Of a DNA stretch of 64,000 nucleotides, positions 7,876 to 17,574 are shown one piece after another. Numbering within the stretch: position 1 is the stretch's first letter; each line of letters starts with the position of its first letter. The notes beneath the pieces were generated by a model. That model ran no database searches. It had not been told where the DNA came from and saw only the letters and a list, made by a program, of their open reading frames with translations. The stretch comes from Candidatus Kaiserbacteria bacterium (lineage in GTDB: Bacteria; Patescibacteriota; Minisyncoccia; Phycocordibacterales; UBA918): positions 576,317 to 640,316 of the forward strand of contig CP064968.1 in the NCBI GenBank assembly GCA_016699245.1. Direction: 5' to 3'. Both the position numbers and the translations under genes were made by a program.

Positions 7876-10032
7876 ATGCCAAATATCACAGAAAGCACCA
7901 CGCTCACCCACGTTATCAAGCGCTCTGGACGTAAAGTACCCTTCAATAAGGGGAAAATCACTCGTGCTATCGAAAAGGCCCTCCACGCTACCGGTGTGTA
8001 CAAGCCGGCCACTCCAGAGAAAATCACCAAGGCGGTCATCGCGGAACTCAATTCCCTCCACAAATCAGACCCGGCCTTTGTCCCTTCTGTGGAAGAAGTG
8101 CAAGACGTGATTGAACGTACTTTGATGGAGGTCGGATACCTTGATACGGCAAAGGCATACATTCTTTATCGCGAGCAGCACGCGCAGATTCGCAGGATGA
8201 TTCAAACCGAATCTATCGACTTGGTCGACCAATACCTCGCATCGGCAGATTGGCAGGTGAAGGAAAACAGCAACATGGCATTTTCCCTCCAAGGACTCAA
8301 CAACTACATCGCATCCGAGGTTTCAAAAAACTACTGGCTCAACAAAATCTATCCACCCGAAATTCGTGATGCTCACCAAAATGGTGACTATCATATTCAC
8401 GACCTCAATCTTCTCTCGGTGTACTGCGTGGGCTGGGACCTCTTTGACCTTCTGAAACGCGGCTTTGGTGGTGTGCCTGGCAAGGTTCAGAGCAAGCCTG
8501 CAAAGCACTTGAAGACCGCGCTCGGGCAAGTAGTGAACTTCTTCTACACCCTCCAGGGCGAAGCAGCGGGTGCACAAGCATTCTCAAATGTGGACACACT
8601 CCTTGCGCCATTCATCTGGTACGACCATCTTTCGTATGATGAGGTAAAGCAAGCAATTCAAGAATTTGTCTTTAATGTAAACATACCGACTCGCGTGGGC
8701 TTCCAAACCCCCTTCACCAACATCACGTTAGACCTCACGGTACCTGCCCACTACGAAAAGATGCGCGTCATCATAGGGGGAAAAGAGATGAAAGAGACAT
8801 ACGGTGAGTTCAATAAAGAGATGGCGATGTTTAACCGCGCATTCCTCGAAGTCATGAGCGAGGGCGATGCTTCAGGGCGCGTCTTCACCTTCCCTATTCC
8901 CACATACAACATCACCAAGGATTTTAACTGGGATGATGAAAACATCGTGTCGCTTTGGGAGTCTGCAGCAAAGTATGGTATTCCGTACTTCTCCAACTTT
9001 GTAAATTCAGACATGAGTCCCGATGACGCCCGTTCCATGTGCTGTCGCCTCCGCATCGACAACCGTGAACTCCAGAAACGTGGTGGTGGTCTCTTTGGTG
9101 CCAATCCACTTACGGGCTCTATTGGTGTCGTCACCATGAATCTCCCTCGCCTCGGCAAGACCTCAAAAAACAAAGCAGATTTCCTCGAGAAACTAGCAGT
9201 ACTTATGGACAGTGCCCGTGACAGCCTTGAGATAAAGCGCAAAATACTTGAGCAATTTACTGACAAAAATCTCTACCCATACACCAAGTACTACCTTGAA
9301 AATATAAAAATTGCCTACGGCACCTTCTGGAAAAATCACTTCTCGACAATAGGCCTTGTAGGCATGAACGAAGCAATCCAAAACCTTCTACATACCTCAA
9401 TCGCTACCGAAGAGGGACAAGCGTTTGCAGCAGATGTACTCGACTTCATGCGTAGCAGAATGTCTGACTATCAGGAAACCACGGGCAATAATTACAACCT
9501 CGAAGCAACGCCCGCAGAAGGCACCTCGTACCGCCTTGCGCTCATCGACCAAAAGAAGTTTGACGACATGATTTTTGCAAACGGTGTCGGACAAGAAGCA
9601 ATCGACCCGTACTACACCAATTCTACCCATCTTCCCGTACAACAGAGCGAGGACATCTTTGAAATTCTTGAACTTCAGGATACGCTTCAGACAAAATACA
9701 CTGGGGGTACGGTAATCCACTTCTTCCTCGGTGAACGGGTGCAGGATGTGAACGCAATAAAAAATCTGGTAAAGAAAATCTGTAGTGAATACAAACTCCC
9801 GTACTTCACCATTTCCCCCACCTTTAGTGTCTGCAAAAATCATGGATATATTCACGGTGAAGCATTCACCTGTCCTACGTGTAACAGTGAATGTGAAGTG
9901 TACACCCGTATCGTCGGTTACCTTCGTCCCGTAGAGCAGTGGAACAAGGGTAAGCGCGCAGAGTACGGCAATCGTGCGCACATAGAGCCGGAAAAAATAG
10001 AGATAACTCATAACCAGCATGCAAAGGTCTAA
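7876..10032 (+). CDS. nrdD: Anaerobic ribonucleoside-triphosphate reductase (class III)
   Basis: N-terminal ATP-cone. C-terminal Zn-ribbon TCPTCNSEC and glycine-radical motif RIVGY. Start placed at MPNITES, because the 5' extension in the ORF track is AT-rich promoter-like DNA. Confidence 0.85.
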   Translation: MPNITESTTLTHVIKRSGRKVPFNKGKITRAIEKALHATGVYKPATPEKITKAVIAELNSLHKSDPAFVPSVEEVQDVIERTLMEVGYLDTAKAYILYREQHAQIRRMIQTESIDLVDQYLASADWQVKENSNMAFSLQGLNNYIASEVSKNYWLNKIYPPEIRDAHQNGDYHIHDLNLLSVYCVGWDLFDLLKRGFGGVPGKVQSKPAKHLKTALGQVVNFFYTLQGEAAGAQAFSNVDTLLAPFIWYDHLSYDEVKQAIQEFVFNVNIPTRVGFQTPFTNITLDLTVPAHYEKMRVIIGGKEMKETYGEFNKEMAMFNRAFLEVMSEGDASGRVFTFPIPTYNITKDFNWDDENIVSLWESAAKYGIPYFSNFVNSDMSPDDARSMCCRLRIDNRELQKRGGGLFGANPLTGSIGVVTMNLPRLGKTSKNKADFLEKLAVLMDSARDSLEIKRKILEQFTDKNLYPYTKYYLENIKIAYGTFWKNHFSTIGLVGMNEAIQNLLHTSIATEEGQAFAADVLDFMRSRMSDYQETTGNNYNLEATPAEGTSYRLALIDQKKFDDMIFANGVGQEAIDPYYTNSTHLPVQQSEDIFEILELQDTLQTKYTGGTVIHFFLGERVQDVNAIKNLVKKICSEYKLPYFTISPTFSVCKNHGYIHGEAFTCPTCNSECEVYTRIVGYLRPVEQWNKGKRAEYGNRAHIEPEKIEITHNQHAKV

Positions 10033-10156
10033 AACTTTTAGAATTGAGTGTAGTTTGAGGAACGAGCGAGGCTTGCGACCAAGTTGTACGAGTGTACTAC
10101 GCATGGAGCAAACGAACGAAGTGACAAAAAAAATACGCCAATTATAAAAGTTTTAT

Positions 10157-10843
10157 ATGAAAATTGGTGGATTACAAAAGTGTTCGCTCATTGATTACCC
10201 AGGGAAAATCTCTGCAATAGTATTTACCATTGGCTGCAACTTCCGCTGTCCGTACTGTCACAACCCAGAACTCGTTGACGAGACTGCGACCGAGATGACG
10301 GAAGAGGAAATATTTAGTTTCCTCGAACGGAGGAAAAACCTCCTTGATGCCGTCACTATCACGGGTGGTGAGCCCACGGTGCACGACGACCTTATCCCCT
10401 TCATCGAACGTATTCGTGCACTCGGCTTCTTGGTGAAACTCGACAGCAACGGCACCAATCCCGACATGCTCAAAGAGGTGTTTGCACGGGGGCTCGTGGA
10501 CTACATCGCCATGGATATTAAATCCCCCCTCCAAAAATACAGCGAGACTGTAGCGAGGCCCGTAGATGTGGGAAAAATTCGCGAGAGCATTGCGCTCATT
10601 ATGAAAAGTGGTGTCGATTACGAATTTCGTACTACCGTAGTGAAGTCACTTCTCTCCCCCGAAGACATCCTCAAGATAGTCGGAGAAATTCATGGCGCAA
10701 AACAGTACTTTTTGCAGAAATTTGTACCCACCAAAACACTCAATCCTGCATTCATCAGAAAAACGACGTATACTGATGCAGAATTTGAGGACATGCGTAT
10801 CATGCTCTCGCCCTATGTGGAAGCCTGCGCAGTACGTGCATAA
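10157..10843 (+). CDS. nrdG: Anaerobic RNR activating protein (radical SAM)
   Basis: CNFRCPYCHN is a CxxxCxxC radical-SAM cluster motif. Located immediately after nrdD. Confidence 0.85.
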   Translation: MKIGGLQKCSLIDYPGKISAIVFTIGCNFRCPYCHNPELVDETATEMTEEEIFSFLERRKNLLDAVTITGGEPTVHDDLIPFIERIRALGFLVKLDSNGTNPDMLKEVFARGLVDYIAMDIKSPLQKYSETVARPVDVGKIRESIALIMKSGVDYEFRTTVVKSLLSPEDILKIVGEIHGAKQYFLQKFVPTKTLNPAFIRKTTYTDAEFEDMRIMLSPYVEACAVRA

Positions 10844-10844
10844 T

Positions 10845-12020
10845 ATGAAAACTATCTATCTCGACAACGCAGCATCAACACCCATCCGCGATGAGGTGTT
10901 TTGCGCTATGCTTCCCTTCCTTCAAGAAACATACGGAAACCCTTCTTCCATACACCACAAGGGACGCGCAGCATACGATGCACTCAGTACTGCACGAGAG
11001 GAGGTAGCGCGCGACATAGGTGCACACGGAAAAGAAATCATATTCACCAGTGGTGGCACTGAATCCAACAACCTCGCCCTCCACGGCGTCATGAAAAATG
11101 TGCGACATCGTAAGTCACACATTCTTGTATCTGCAATTGAGCATGTGTCGGTACTTGCATCGGCGGAAGATCTCAGAGGAGAAGGGTGTGATGAGGAATA
11201 TATTCCTGTCGATACATACGGACTCGTGAGTGTCAAAGAAGTAATGACGCGCGTGCGTGCAGACACCGCACTTATCTCGATCATGTACGCCAACAACGAA
11301 ATAGGTACTGTAGAGCCAATAGCAGAAATCGCAAAAGCACTTCGTGATCGCTTCGGAGCAGATAGACCCCTCCTCCACACCGACGCATGCCAAGCACCCG
11401 GACAGCTTCCTCTAGATGTTACGACACTCGGTGTGGATTTGATGACACTGAATGGCAGCAAGATGTACGGACCAAAAGGTGTGGGGATGCTCTACGTGCG
11501 TGAGGGTGTCCGATTTACACCTACAGCACGCGGCGGACACCAAGAGCACGGTATGCGTGCAGGTACCGAGAATCTTGCGGGTATCGTAGGATTTGCACGC
11601 GCGCTTACACTTGCAGAAGAAGACCAGACTCACGAATGCGCGCGACTCATCAATCTCCGTGACACACTCATTACACGTATACAAAAGTCCTTCCCGGATG
11701 CCACACTCCATGGACACCCCACCCTCCGTCTTCCGGGGAACGTGCATTTTTCATTCCCCCACATTGAAGGAGAATCTCTTGTACTTCTTTTAGACACCTT
11801 TGGTATCTGTGCGTCCACTGGTTCTGCGTGTAACGCAGAGGATCTTGTTCCCTCGCATGTACTTCGTGCCATTGGTATTTCTGTCGAACGAATCCACGGC
11901 ACCCTGCGCTTTACCCTCGGGCGTACCACCACAGAAGCAGATATTGATACAACAGTGGATGCACTCACGCACGCCGTCACTCGCCTTACCCGTATTTCAC
12001 CCTCACCACTACACTTATGA
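10845..12020 (+). CDS. iscS: Cysteine desulfurase (IscS/NifS family, PLP-dependent)
   Basis: MKTIYLDNAASTP start motif, the PLP-Lys region SGSKMYGPKG and the active-site loop SACNAED. Start at 10845 directly after the nrdG stop. Confidence 0.85.
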   Translation: MKTIYLDNAASTPIRDEVFCAMLPFLQETYGNPSSIHHKGRAAYDALSTAREEVARDIGAHGKEIIFTSGGTESNNLALHGVMKNVRHRKSHILVSAIEHVSVLASAEDLRGEGCDEEYIPVDTYGLVSVKEVMTRVRADTALISIMYANNEIGTVEPIAEIAKALRDRFGADRPLLHTDACQAPGQLPLDVTTLGVDLMTLNGSKMYGPKGVGMLYVREGVRFTPTARGGHQEHGMRAGTENLAGIVGFARALTLAEEDQTHECARLINLRDTLITRIQKSFPDATLHGHPTLRLPGNVHFSFPHIEGESLVLLLDTFGICASTGSACNAEDLVPSHVLRAIGISVERIHGTLRFTLGRTTTEADIDTTVDALTHAVTRLTRISPSPLHL

Positions 12021-12472
12021 ATACCCCATCAAACATCCCCGATGTCACCGCATGCGACAAGGGCACCTCGTGGCTCTATAACGATGTGGTAAAAGATCAC
12101 TTTCTTAATCCTCGTAATCTACTCATCGACGATATGACGTATGAGAGTGATGGCATTGGTATTGTTGGAAGTCCTGCCTGTGGTGACATGATGGTGGTCT
12201 GGATAAAGGTAGACGCTGAAACAAAGCGTATAACTGAATGTGTCTGGCGCACCTTTGGATGTGCGTCCGCTATTGCCTCCACATCGATGATGTCGGTCAT
12301 GGCAACGGAGAATGGTGGTATGACACTCAAGGAAGGAAAGCATCTCACTCCCGAAGCAATACTCGAGCGATTGGGCGGACTTCCCGACCGAAAGTATCAT
12401 TGCTCGGTACTCGGCCATCAAGCACTCCACGAAGCGATTCTTGATTATGAGTCATCACTCAATACAGATTGA
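12017..12472 (+). CDS. iscU: Fe-S cluster scaffold (IscU/NifU-like)
   Basis: Conserved Cys triad context GSPACGDMM...GCASAIASTS...HCSVL. It overlaps iscS by 4 nt. Confidence 0.8.
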   Translation: MNTPSNIPDVTACDKGTSWLYNDVVKDHFLNPRNLLIDDMTYESDGIGIVGSPACGDMMVVWIKVDAETKRITECVWRTFGCASAIASTSMMSVMATENGGMTLKEGKHLTPEAILERLGGLPDRKYHCSVLGHQALHEAILDYESSLNTD

Positions 12473-12489
12473 GCATAACAGGTCTTTAA

Positions 12490-12557
12490 TCTCAGCCGAC
12501 ATATCGTTTTTAAAAGGCGGGGGTAGGACTGGGTTTAAAAACGATATGTCGGCTGAG
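12490..12557 (+). terminator. Very long hairpin (about 25-bp stem, 18-nt loop) followed by a T-run, after iscU
   Basis: ctcagccgacatatcgtttttaaaa ... ttttaaaaacgatatgtcggctgag, then tttttcc. Confidence 0.5.
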
Positions 12558-12576
12558 GTTTTTCCAATAAACTCTA

Positions 12577-13290
12577 TTGATAGATATGCAAAATAACACC
12601 TGTAATTGGACTATTGTAGAAAAGAAGGAGGAGGCGCCGCTTGTTTCTACCCTCTTTCTTCGTGCCGAAAGTGAGCAACCCAACTTTATTGCAGGTCAAT
12701 ACCTCACCGTACAACTTCCTGGCTTCGAGCCCGCTGAGGGAAAGAGTTATAGCATCAGTAGTGCACCGCATGACCCACTCCTCACACTTACGATAAAAGA
12801 GATGGGTAATTTCTCGCGTGCCCTCCTTGCGCATGAAGTCGGCACCATCCTCACCACCTCCACCCCCTACGGCTTTTTCTATCCTGATGAGCCCCGCGCA
12901 CCACACCTCATTTTCATTGCTGGCGGTATCGGTATCACCCCCTGTATGAGTATGATTCGTTCTCTCCTCCACACCGCTCCAGACACACATATCACTCTCC
13001 TCTATAGCAATCGCACTGAGGCAGATATTATTTTCAAAGACACCCTCACTACACTCGCGTCCAACCACCCAACATTTTCCATACACCACTTTCTCACAAG
13101 AGAAGACATCGTCGAAACCGACACCCAGCACCGAGGACGCCTTACCGAAGCCAGTCTCGTCGAGTACACTAAAATCCCCGAAGCAGACTACTTTCTCTGT
13201 GGCTCCATGGACTTCACCAAGAGCCTATGGTCCCACCTCCGCACCCTCCACATCCCCTCCACCAAAATCTACACCGAAGGCTTTTTTTAG
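12577..13290 (+). CDS. FAD/NAD(P)-binding oxidoreductase (ferredoxin-NADP reductase-like)
   Basis: The RSYSISS FAD motif (RxYS) and the GGIGITP NAD-binding motif are present. Confidence 0.6.
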   Translation: MIDMQNNTCNWTIVEKKEEAPLVSTLFLRAESEQPNFIAGQYLTVQLPGFEPAEGKSYSISSAPHDPLLTLTIKEMGNFSRALLAHEVGTILTTSTPYGFFYPDEPRAPHLIFIAGGIGITPCMSMIRSLLHTAPDTHITLLYSNRTEADIIFKDTLTTLASNHPTFSIHHFLTREDIVETDTQHRGRLTEASLVEYTKIPEADYFLCGSMDFTKSLWSHLRTLHIPSTKIYTEGFF

Positions 13291-13312
13291 ATTAAAAAAA
13301 GTTGGTACCATG

Positions 13313-13347
13313 AAAAAACCCGACTCTGTGAAGAGTCGGGTTTTTGG
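13313..13347 (+). terminator. Rho-independent terminator
   Basis: aacccgactct gtga agagtcgggtt followed by ttttt. Confidence 0.6.
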
Positions 13348-13367
13348 TCTTGTGACAATGTCTTGTT

Positions 13368-13718
13368 TTAGAGCCAAATCATTTCTTCTGCCTTAGGCAG
13401 ACGAATTGCTCCTTCAAAGAATATGCTCCGTCCTGTTACTTGCCATTCACGAAGCTTCATTATGTATGCTTCTGCATAAATGTAAAAGTAATGGCGTTTC
13501 CCATTGAGATTTATATCGAACCGTGCAAGACGATTAACTCTGTACGCTACGATTTCGATACCATTACTCCATACTACCCGTTCGATCATTCCGCGAGTAG
13601 ACCTTGGCAATGCAAAAGCGAACTCGAGAACTGCGTTTGTAAAACCAGTAAACTCACACGACTCGCTCATTTTGAATAAGGGTACGAATTCTTGAAAGTG
13701 CAAAGAACGTGTTTCCAT
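13368..13718 (-). CDS. Hypothetical small protein
   Basis: 116-aa ORF with no recognised motif. A toxin-like fold is possible but unsupported. Confidence 0.35.
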   Translation of the reverse strand: METRSLHFQEFVPLFKMSESCEFTGFTNAVLEFAFALPRSTRGMIERVVWSNGIEIVAYRVNRLARFDINLNGKRHYFYIYAEAYIMKLREWQVTGRSIFFEGAIRLPKAEEMIWL

Positions 13719-13841
13719 TTCATCCTCCGGTCAACAGATTTAGCACAGCAGGGTCAACCCACTGTGGATACCACACCAAGTGGAACCGCGCGTACATTAT
13801 CATTAATCTATATACTGAGCAAATACTACTAGAAACGAGTC

Positions 13842-13911
13842 CTACTCAATAAACTCAATCTGAAAAGGGTACATGCCCATACCACAGTTACCTGTGAGGG
13901 GGCTTTTTTCA
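13842..13911 (-). repeat. Degenerate duplicate of the last ~22 codons plus stop of the gene at 15014-15415
   Basis: Reverse-strand translation ...GNCGMGMYPFQIEFIE* matches ...GSCGMGMYPFQIEFIE* at 15014-15083. No upstream ORF accompanies it. Confidence 0.75.
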
Positions 13912-13972
13912 CAAATCAAGGCCGGGCCTTGTACGAATGTACAAAGTCCGGCCTTGAACGAAGTTGTATTTA

Positions 13973-14941
13973 CTACCTGAGCATCTGGGTTACGAGTGCG
14001 ACCATCTGATCTTTCTTTTCAGGATCACTTTCTGCAATAAGAAGTGTGAGTGCGGTGAGTGCTGCGGGGTTTATCTGCGATGCGCCTCGTGCCCCTGCTT
14101 TTTTGAGGAGCCACACAAAGGCAAACGCTCCTGAGCGCTTGTTGCCATCTGAAAACGGATGATTCTTTATAACGAAGTAGAGGAGGTGTGCTGCCTTCTC
14201 TTCAAGAGTGGGATACACAGGCTTTCCACCAAATGACTGCATAACATTCCCCACAATTCCTTCGAGCGCTCCGCGACTACGTTCATTCGCAAAAAGTTCT
14301 GTCGCTTCCCCCTTTTTCATAAGTATTGTTTTGAGACTCTGAAGTGCAGTATCAAGGTCGCTCCCAAGAAGTGTTACTTTTTTCCGTGTGACACCTTTGG
14401 TAACAAGTGTTCCTTTATCATACGCATCGAGCGATACCCATGTGGTTGCAAACTCCTTAATAAGTTCAAGTACCGACTTTGGATCGAGGGTGACGTGCTC
14501 AGGAAGGAGTGCCTGCACATCCGCAACCGACTTCATAAAAGCATCGTAGTTCTTCCCTACTAACTTTTTGTTGATGGTGTATCCCTTCGTGATATGTTCA
14601 CGAAGCGTCTTCGTCGCCCACTGGCGAAAACGAATTGCGGTTACTGAATTTGTGCGATACCCCACCGCTAAAATAATATCGAGTGAATAAAGTGATATTG
14701 GTTTGTCAGAATTTGCAATGTGCATTTTTTGCACATTGCTTTTTTCCGCAATTTCATCACTCTTGAAAAGATTTCCGATGTGCTTTGTAATCACCGAACG
14801 CTCTACCCCAAACACATCAGCAATTTCTTGTTGCGTTGCCCATACCGTATCATGCCTGAAATCCCCCCGAAGTTTTACATCACCACTGGGACCTCTAAAC
14901 AATACAAGTTCAGTTTTATGCATTTCCTTTTTCATACACAC
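13973..14941 (-). CDS. Fic/DOC-family protein with an N-terminal RhuM-like domain
   Basis: Doc/Fic motif HPFSDGNKRSG near the C-terminus. The N-terminal half resembles the RhuM virulence-protein family. Confidence 0.7.
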   Translation of the reverse strand: MCMKKEMHKTELVLFRGPSGDVKLRGDFRHDTVWATQQEIADVFGVERSVITKHIGNLFKSDEIAEKSNVQKMHIANSDKPISLYSLDIILAVGYRTNSVTAIRFRQWATKTLREHITKGYTINKKLVGKNYDAFMKSVADVQALLPEHVTLDPKSVLELIKEFATTWVSLDAYDKGTLVTKGVTRKKVTLLGSDLDTALQSLKTILMKKGEATELFANERSRGALEGIVGNVMQSFGGKPVYPTLEEKAAHLLYFVIKNHPFSDGNKRSGAFAFVWLLKKAGARGASQINPAALTALTLLIAESDPEKKDQMVALVTQMLR

Positions 14942-15013
14942 AAGTATACATCTAACAATTTACAAAAGGTATGAGGATTCACTCTCTCCATCACCCTCAC
15001 GAGGGAGATATAA

Positions 15014-15415
15014 CTACTCAATAAACTCAATCTGAAAAGGGTACATGCCCATGCCGCAACTTCCTTCGAGGGGGCCTTTTTCATTCACACCTATATCAAT
15101 ATCGGTCGTACCTGATTGAGGAAGTATTTGCGACACGTCGCGGCTCGGGATACGTACTGATGCAGAGCAGTCAAAGGTGCCGGTAGTATTAAAACGCACA
15201 ATGGTTGGCACTCCCGCTTTTGCGGTGCTCACCTCGGGAAGGTAGCCGCCCTTTGCATCTATCATCACCACCTGTTTTTCTCCCTCCATAGTCACATTAC
15301 TGGTGATAGTTGTCGGTACCACTATTGATGTTTCGGTAGATTTTTCACGCAAGAAGAATGCGCCCATAATGATGAGCACACCTACCCCTACTGCAATGCC
15401 AAGATTTTTATTCAT
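15014..15415 (-). CDS. Secreted/membrane-anchored putative metal-binding (cupredoxin-like) protein
   Basis: N-terminal TM anchor and a C-terminal Cys/Met-rich tail CGMGMY. Co-directional with, and 5 nt from, the downstream permease. Confidence 0.45.
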   Translation of the reverse strand: MNKNLGIAVGVGVLIIMGAFFLREKSTETSIVVPTTITSNVTMEGEKQVVMIDAKGGYLPEVSTAKAGVPTIVRFNTTGTFDCSASVRIPSRDVSQILPQSGTTDIDIGVNEKGPLEGSCGMGMYPFQIEFIE

Positions 15416-15420
15416 ACACT

Positions 15421-16197
15421 CTAAAAATTAAAAACGGGGTTGATGAGTCCTATGATAACAAAACTATTGATGATATTGAGAAATGCAAATGCAAGCACAA
15501 TGAGCCCTGCAGTCTTGTAGAAAAGACTCGCATAGCGACTCTCTGCGAGCGATACCGAGCCCACACTCATGAGTGCAAGCATCGGAAGTGTTCCGAGCCC
15601 AAACACAAGCATGGTAAGTCCGCCCACTACAAATCCCCCTGTACTAAGTGTGTAGAGTTGCATTGACTGCGTAAATCCGCACGGCATAAAGAACGTAGCA
15701 ATACCCACAAGGAGGGGCGTTACACTCGTATCAAATGAAAGCGTACGCTCTACATGTGTATGAAAGACCCTCGGGAATGAGATGCGCATATGTTCAAAAA
15801 ACGGAATGCCAAGCAACTTACCTCCGAGGATGAGCATCACCATCCCAATGAGGAGATTAAGCACAAAGGTTGTCGTGGTGGTGAGCGTAAATACCTGTCC
15901 CAAAAGCCCAATCACACCACCAAGGATAAAGAAGGAGACGAGGCGCCCTACATGGAAATAGAATTGAGGAATGAGTCCTCCACCTGCACGAGCAAATGTT
16001 GCTGAAAGCGTAAGTACAATTCCTCCCACCACTGCCATACAAGTAGACAAAGAAGCAATAACCCCAATCATAAAAATCGCCCCATAGCCTATCTCTCCCC
16101 CACTGACGAGATGTACGAGCCCAAGAGATTGCAAAAATACAAACCCGCAAATGAGCGTCCCAGCAATGAGACTCGCCTGTATGTATTCTCGAAACAT
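15421..16197 (-). CDS. Multi-pass membrane permease (TauE/SafE- or CcdA-like)
   Basis: 258 aa with about 7-8 TM segments. Gly-rich helices are present, plus a PCG motif. Confidence 0.4.
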   Translation of the reverse strand: MFREYIQASLIAGTLICGFVFLQSLGLVHLVSGGEIGYGAIFMIGVIASLSTCMAVVGGIVLTLSATFARAGGGLIPQFYFHVGRLVSFFILGGVIGLLGQVFTLTTTTTFVLNLLIGMVMLILGGKLLGIPFFEHMRISFPRVFHTHVERTLSFDTSVTPLLVGIATFFMPCGFTQSMQLYTLSTGGFVVGGLTMLVFGLGTLPMLALMSVGSVSLAESRYASLFYKTAGLIVLAFAFLNIINSFVIIGLINPVFNF

Positions 16198-16228
16198 ACT
16201 GACTATAGTACCGAAGAATACTCGATAC

Positions 16229-16975
16229 TCAAAGTTTATTCAGCCCCTTCCTATGCAGTCCTGAACCACGTCGCTCTCCCGTACGTATACCAAATACTTC
16301 AAATACACCATTCTTCATCTCACCCCCCATAAAGACTACGTCTCCTACAGTAAGTCCCGAAGTAGTCCCGTGTACATCATCTTGCATAACCGCCGTAAAA
16401 GACTCATCTGTTACGACATCACGCACCTCAAGGTGTGTTGCATCGATAATGGCCGTCACCTCACAATGACAGCGTCCCTCACCTGGTGGTGGTGTATGAA
16501 GACGATTGAAAAACATCGGAATAGGCCGAGGCATTCCAGATCTGTTGGCTTCGCGCAAAAGAACATCGTTCATAGGTGTATGACGCTCGACCGCAAAGCC
16601 AAAGACTGAAGCCGCAACAAATACCGCACCAGCGATATAGAGAAGTGGAACACGATAGCCAAATCGAAATGTGCGCAAAAGCATAATGAGAAGTATGGTG
16701 CCAACTGCATCCACCACCAGAAGTATCCATGGAAAGAACGTAAGAAATGCATACCACCCCCGCGGGCCAAAGCCTAGAAACGCATCAGTGCTCTGTATAT
16801 GAATCGAAAAAATAATGAAATTCACCATGAGCGTTGTGGTAAGAAATACAAAAATACTCAGAAGGACCAGCGCAATGGACTTGCACACAAAAATAGCACG
16901 CGAGCGCATTTTTACTTTTCCCGAAGATATCTGAGCATTTACCTTCTCTATTATGTTGTTGTATTTTTCATTCAT
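16229..16975 (-). CDS. Membrane protein, putative anti-sigma factor
   Basis: Immediately downstream of the ECF sigma gene, overlapping it by 4 nt. Contains TM helices. Confidence 0.45.
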   Translation of the reverse strand: MNEKYNNIIEKVNAQISSGKVKMRSRAIFVCKSIALVLLSIFVFLTTTLMVNFIIFSIHIQSTDAFLGFGPRGWYAFLTFFPWILLVVDAVGTILLIMLLRTFRFGYRVPLLYIAGAVFVAASVFGFAVERHTPMNDVLLREANRSGMPRPIPMFFNRLHTPPPGEGRCHCEVTAIIDATHLEVRDVVTDESFTAVMQDDVHGTTSGLTVGDVVFMGGEMKNGVFEVFGIRTGERRGSGLHRKGLNKL

Positions 16976-17538
16976 AGTATTTTCGCTTTGAGTGTTTTTT
17001 TGAGTTCTATGCGTGCCCGCCTCAGACGAACACCGACTGTGCCAATAGGGATATGGAGTACCTCGGCTATTTCGTCATAGGAAAGTTCTTCAAAGTAATG
17101 GAGCACAATGACTTCACGATATTTTGGTGCAAGTTCCGACAGATGCTCTTCAATCACTTTTGCAAGCTTCGCTGATTCAACTTCCATTTCGTCGGGCTGT
17201 GCAAACGAGAGTGGAGAAACCAATGTGTCGAAATCATAAAATTCAAAGGTCCGATGCTTGTGTTTCCGTAAGACATTCACAAATGCATTGTGCGCTATAC
17301 GATATATCCATGGAGAAAAGCGATACGTGGAATTGTATGACTGAATGTTTTGATACGTCTTTAGAAAAACGTCTTGCATGACATCTTCTATGTCTTCATC
17401 GCGTGCGAGGTAACGTCTACCGTACCGGGTGAGGCGCGTGGCGTAGCGCTCCATAATGACACCAAACGCCGCAGACTCACCTTCCTGTACTCTGTGTGCA
17501 AGTTCCTCGTCACTCAGTACTGCTTCACTTTCTGTCAT
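16972..17538 (-). CDS. ECF-type RNA polymerase sigma factor (sigma-70 family)
   Basis: Region 2 (DVMQDVFLKTYQ) and region 4 HTH (LSYDEIAEVLHIPIGTVGVRLRRAR). Start moved to MTESEAV. Confidence 0.75.
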   Translation of the reverse strand: MTESEAVLSDEELAHRVQEGESAAFGVIMERYATRLTRYGRRYLARDEDIEDVMQDVFLKTYQNIQSYNSTYRFSPWIYRIAHNAFVNVLRKHKHRTFEFYDFDTLVSPLSFAQPDEMEVESAKLAKVIEEHLSELAPKYREVIVLHYFEELSYDEIAEVLHIPIGTVGVRLRRARIELKKTLKAKIL

Positions 17539-17574
17539 CTTTCTATAATACACTGAGTGCACATTTTTCTTTCA

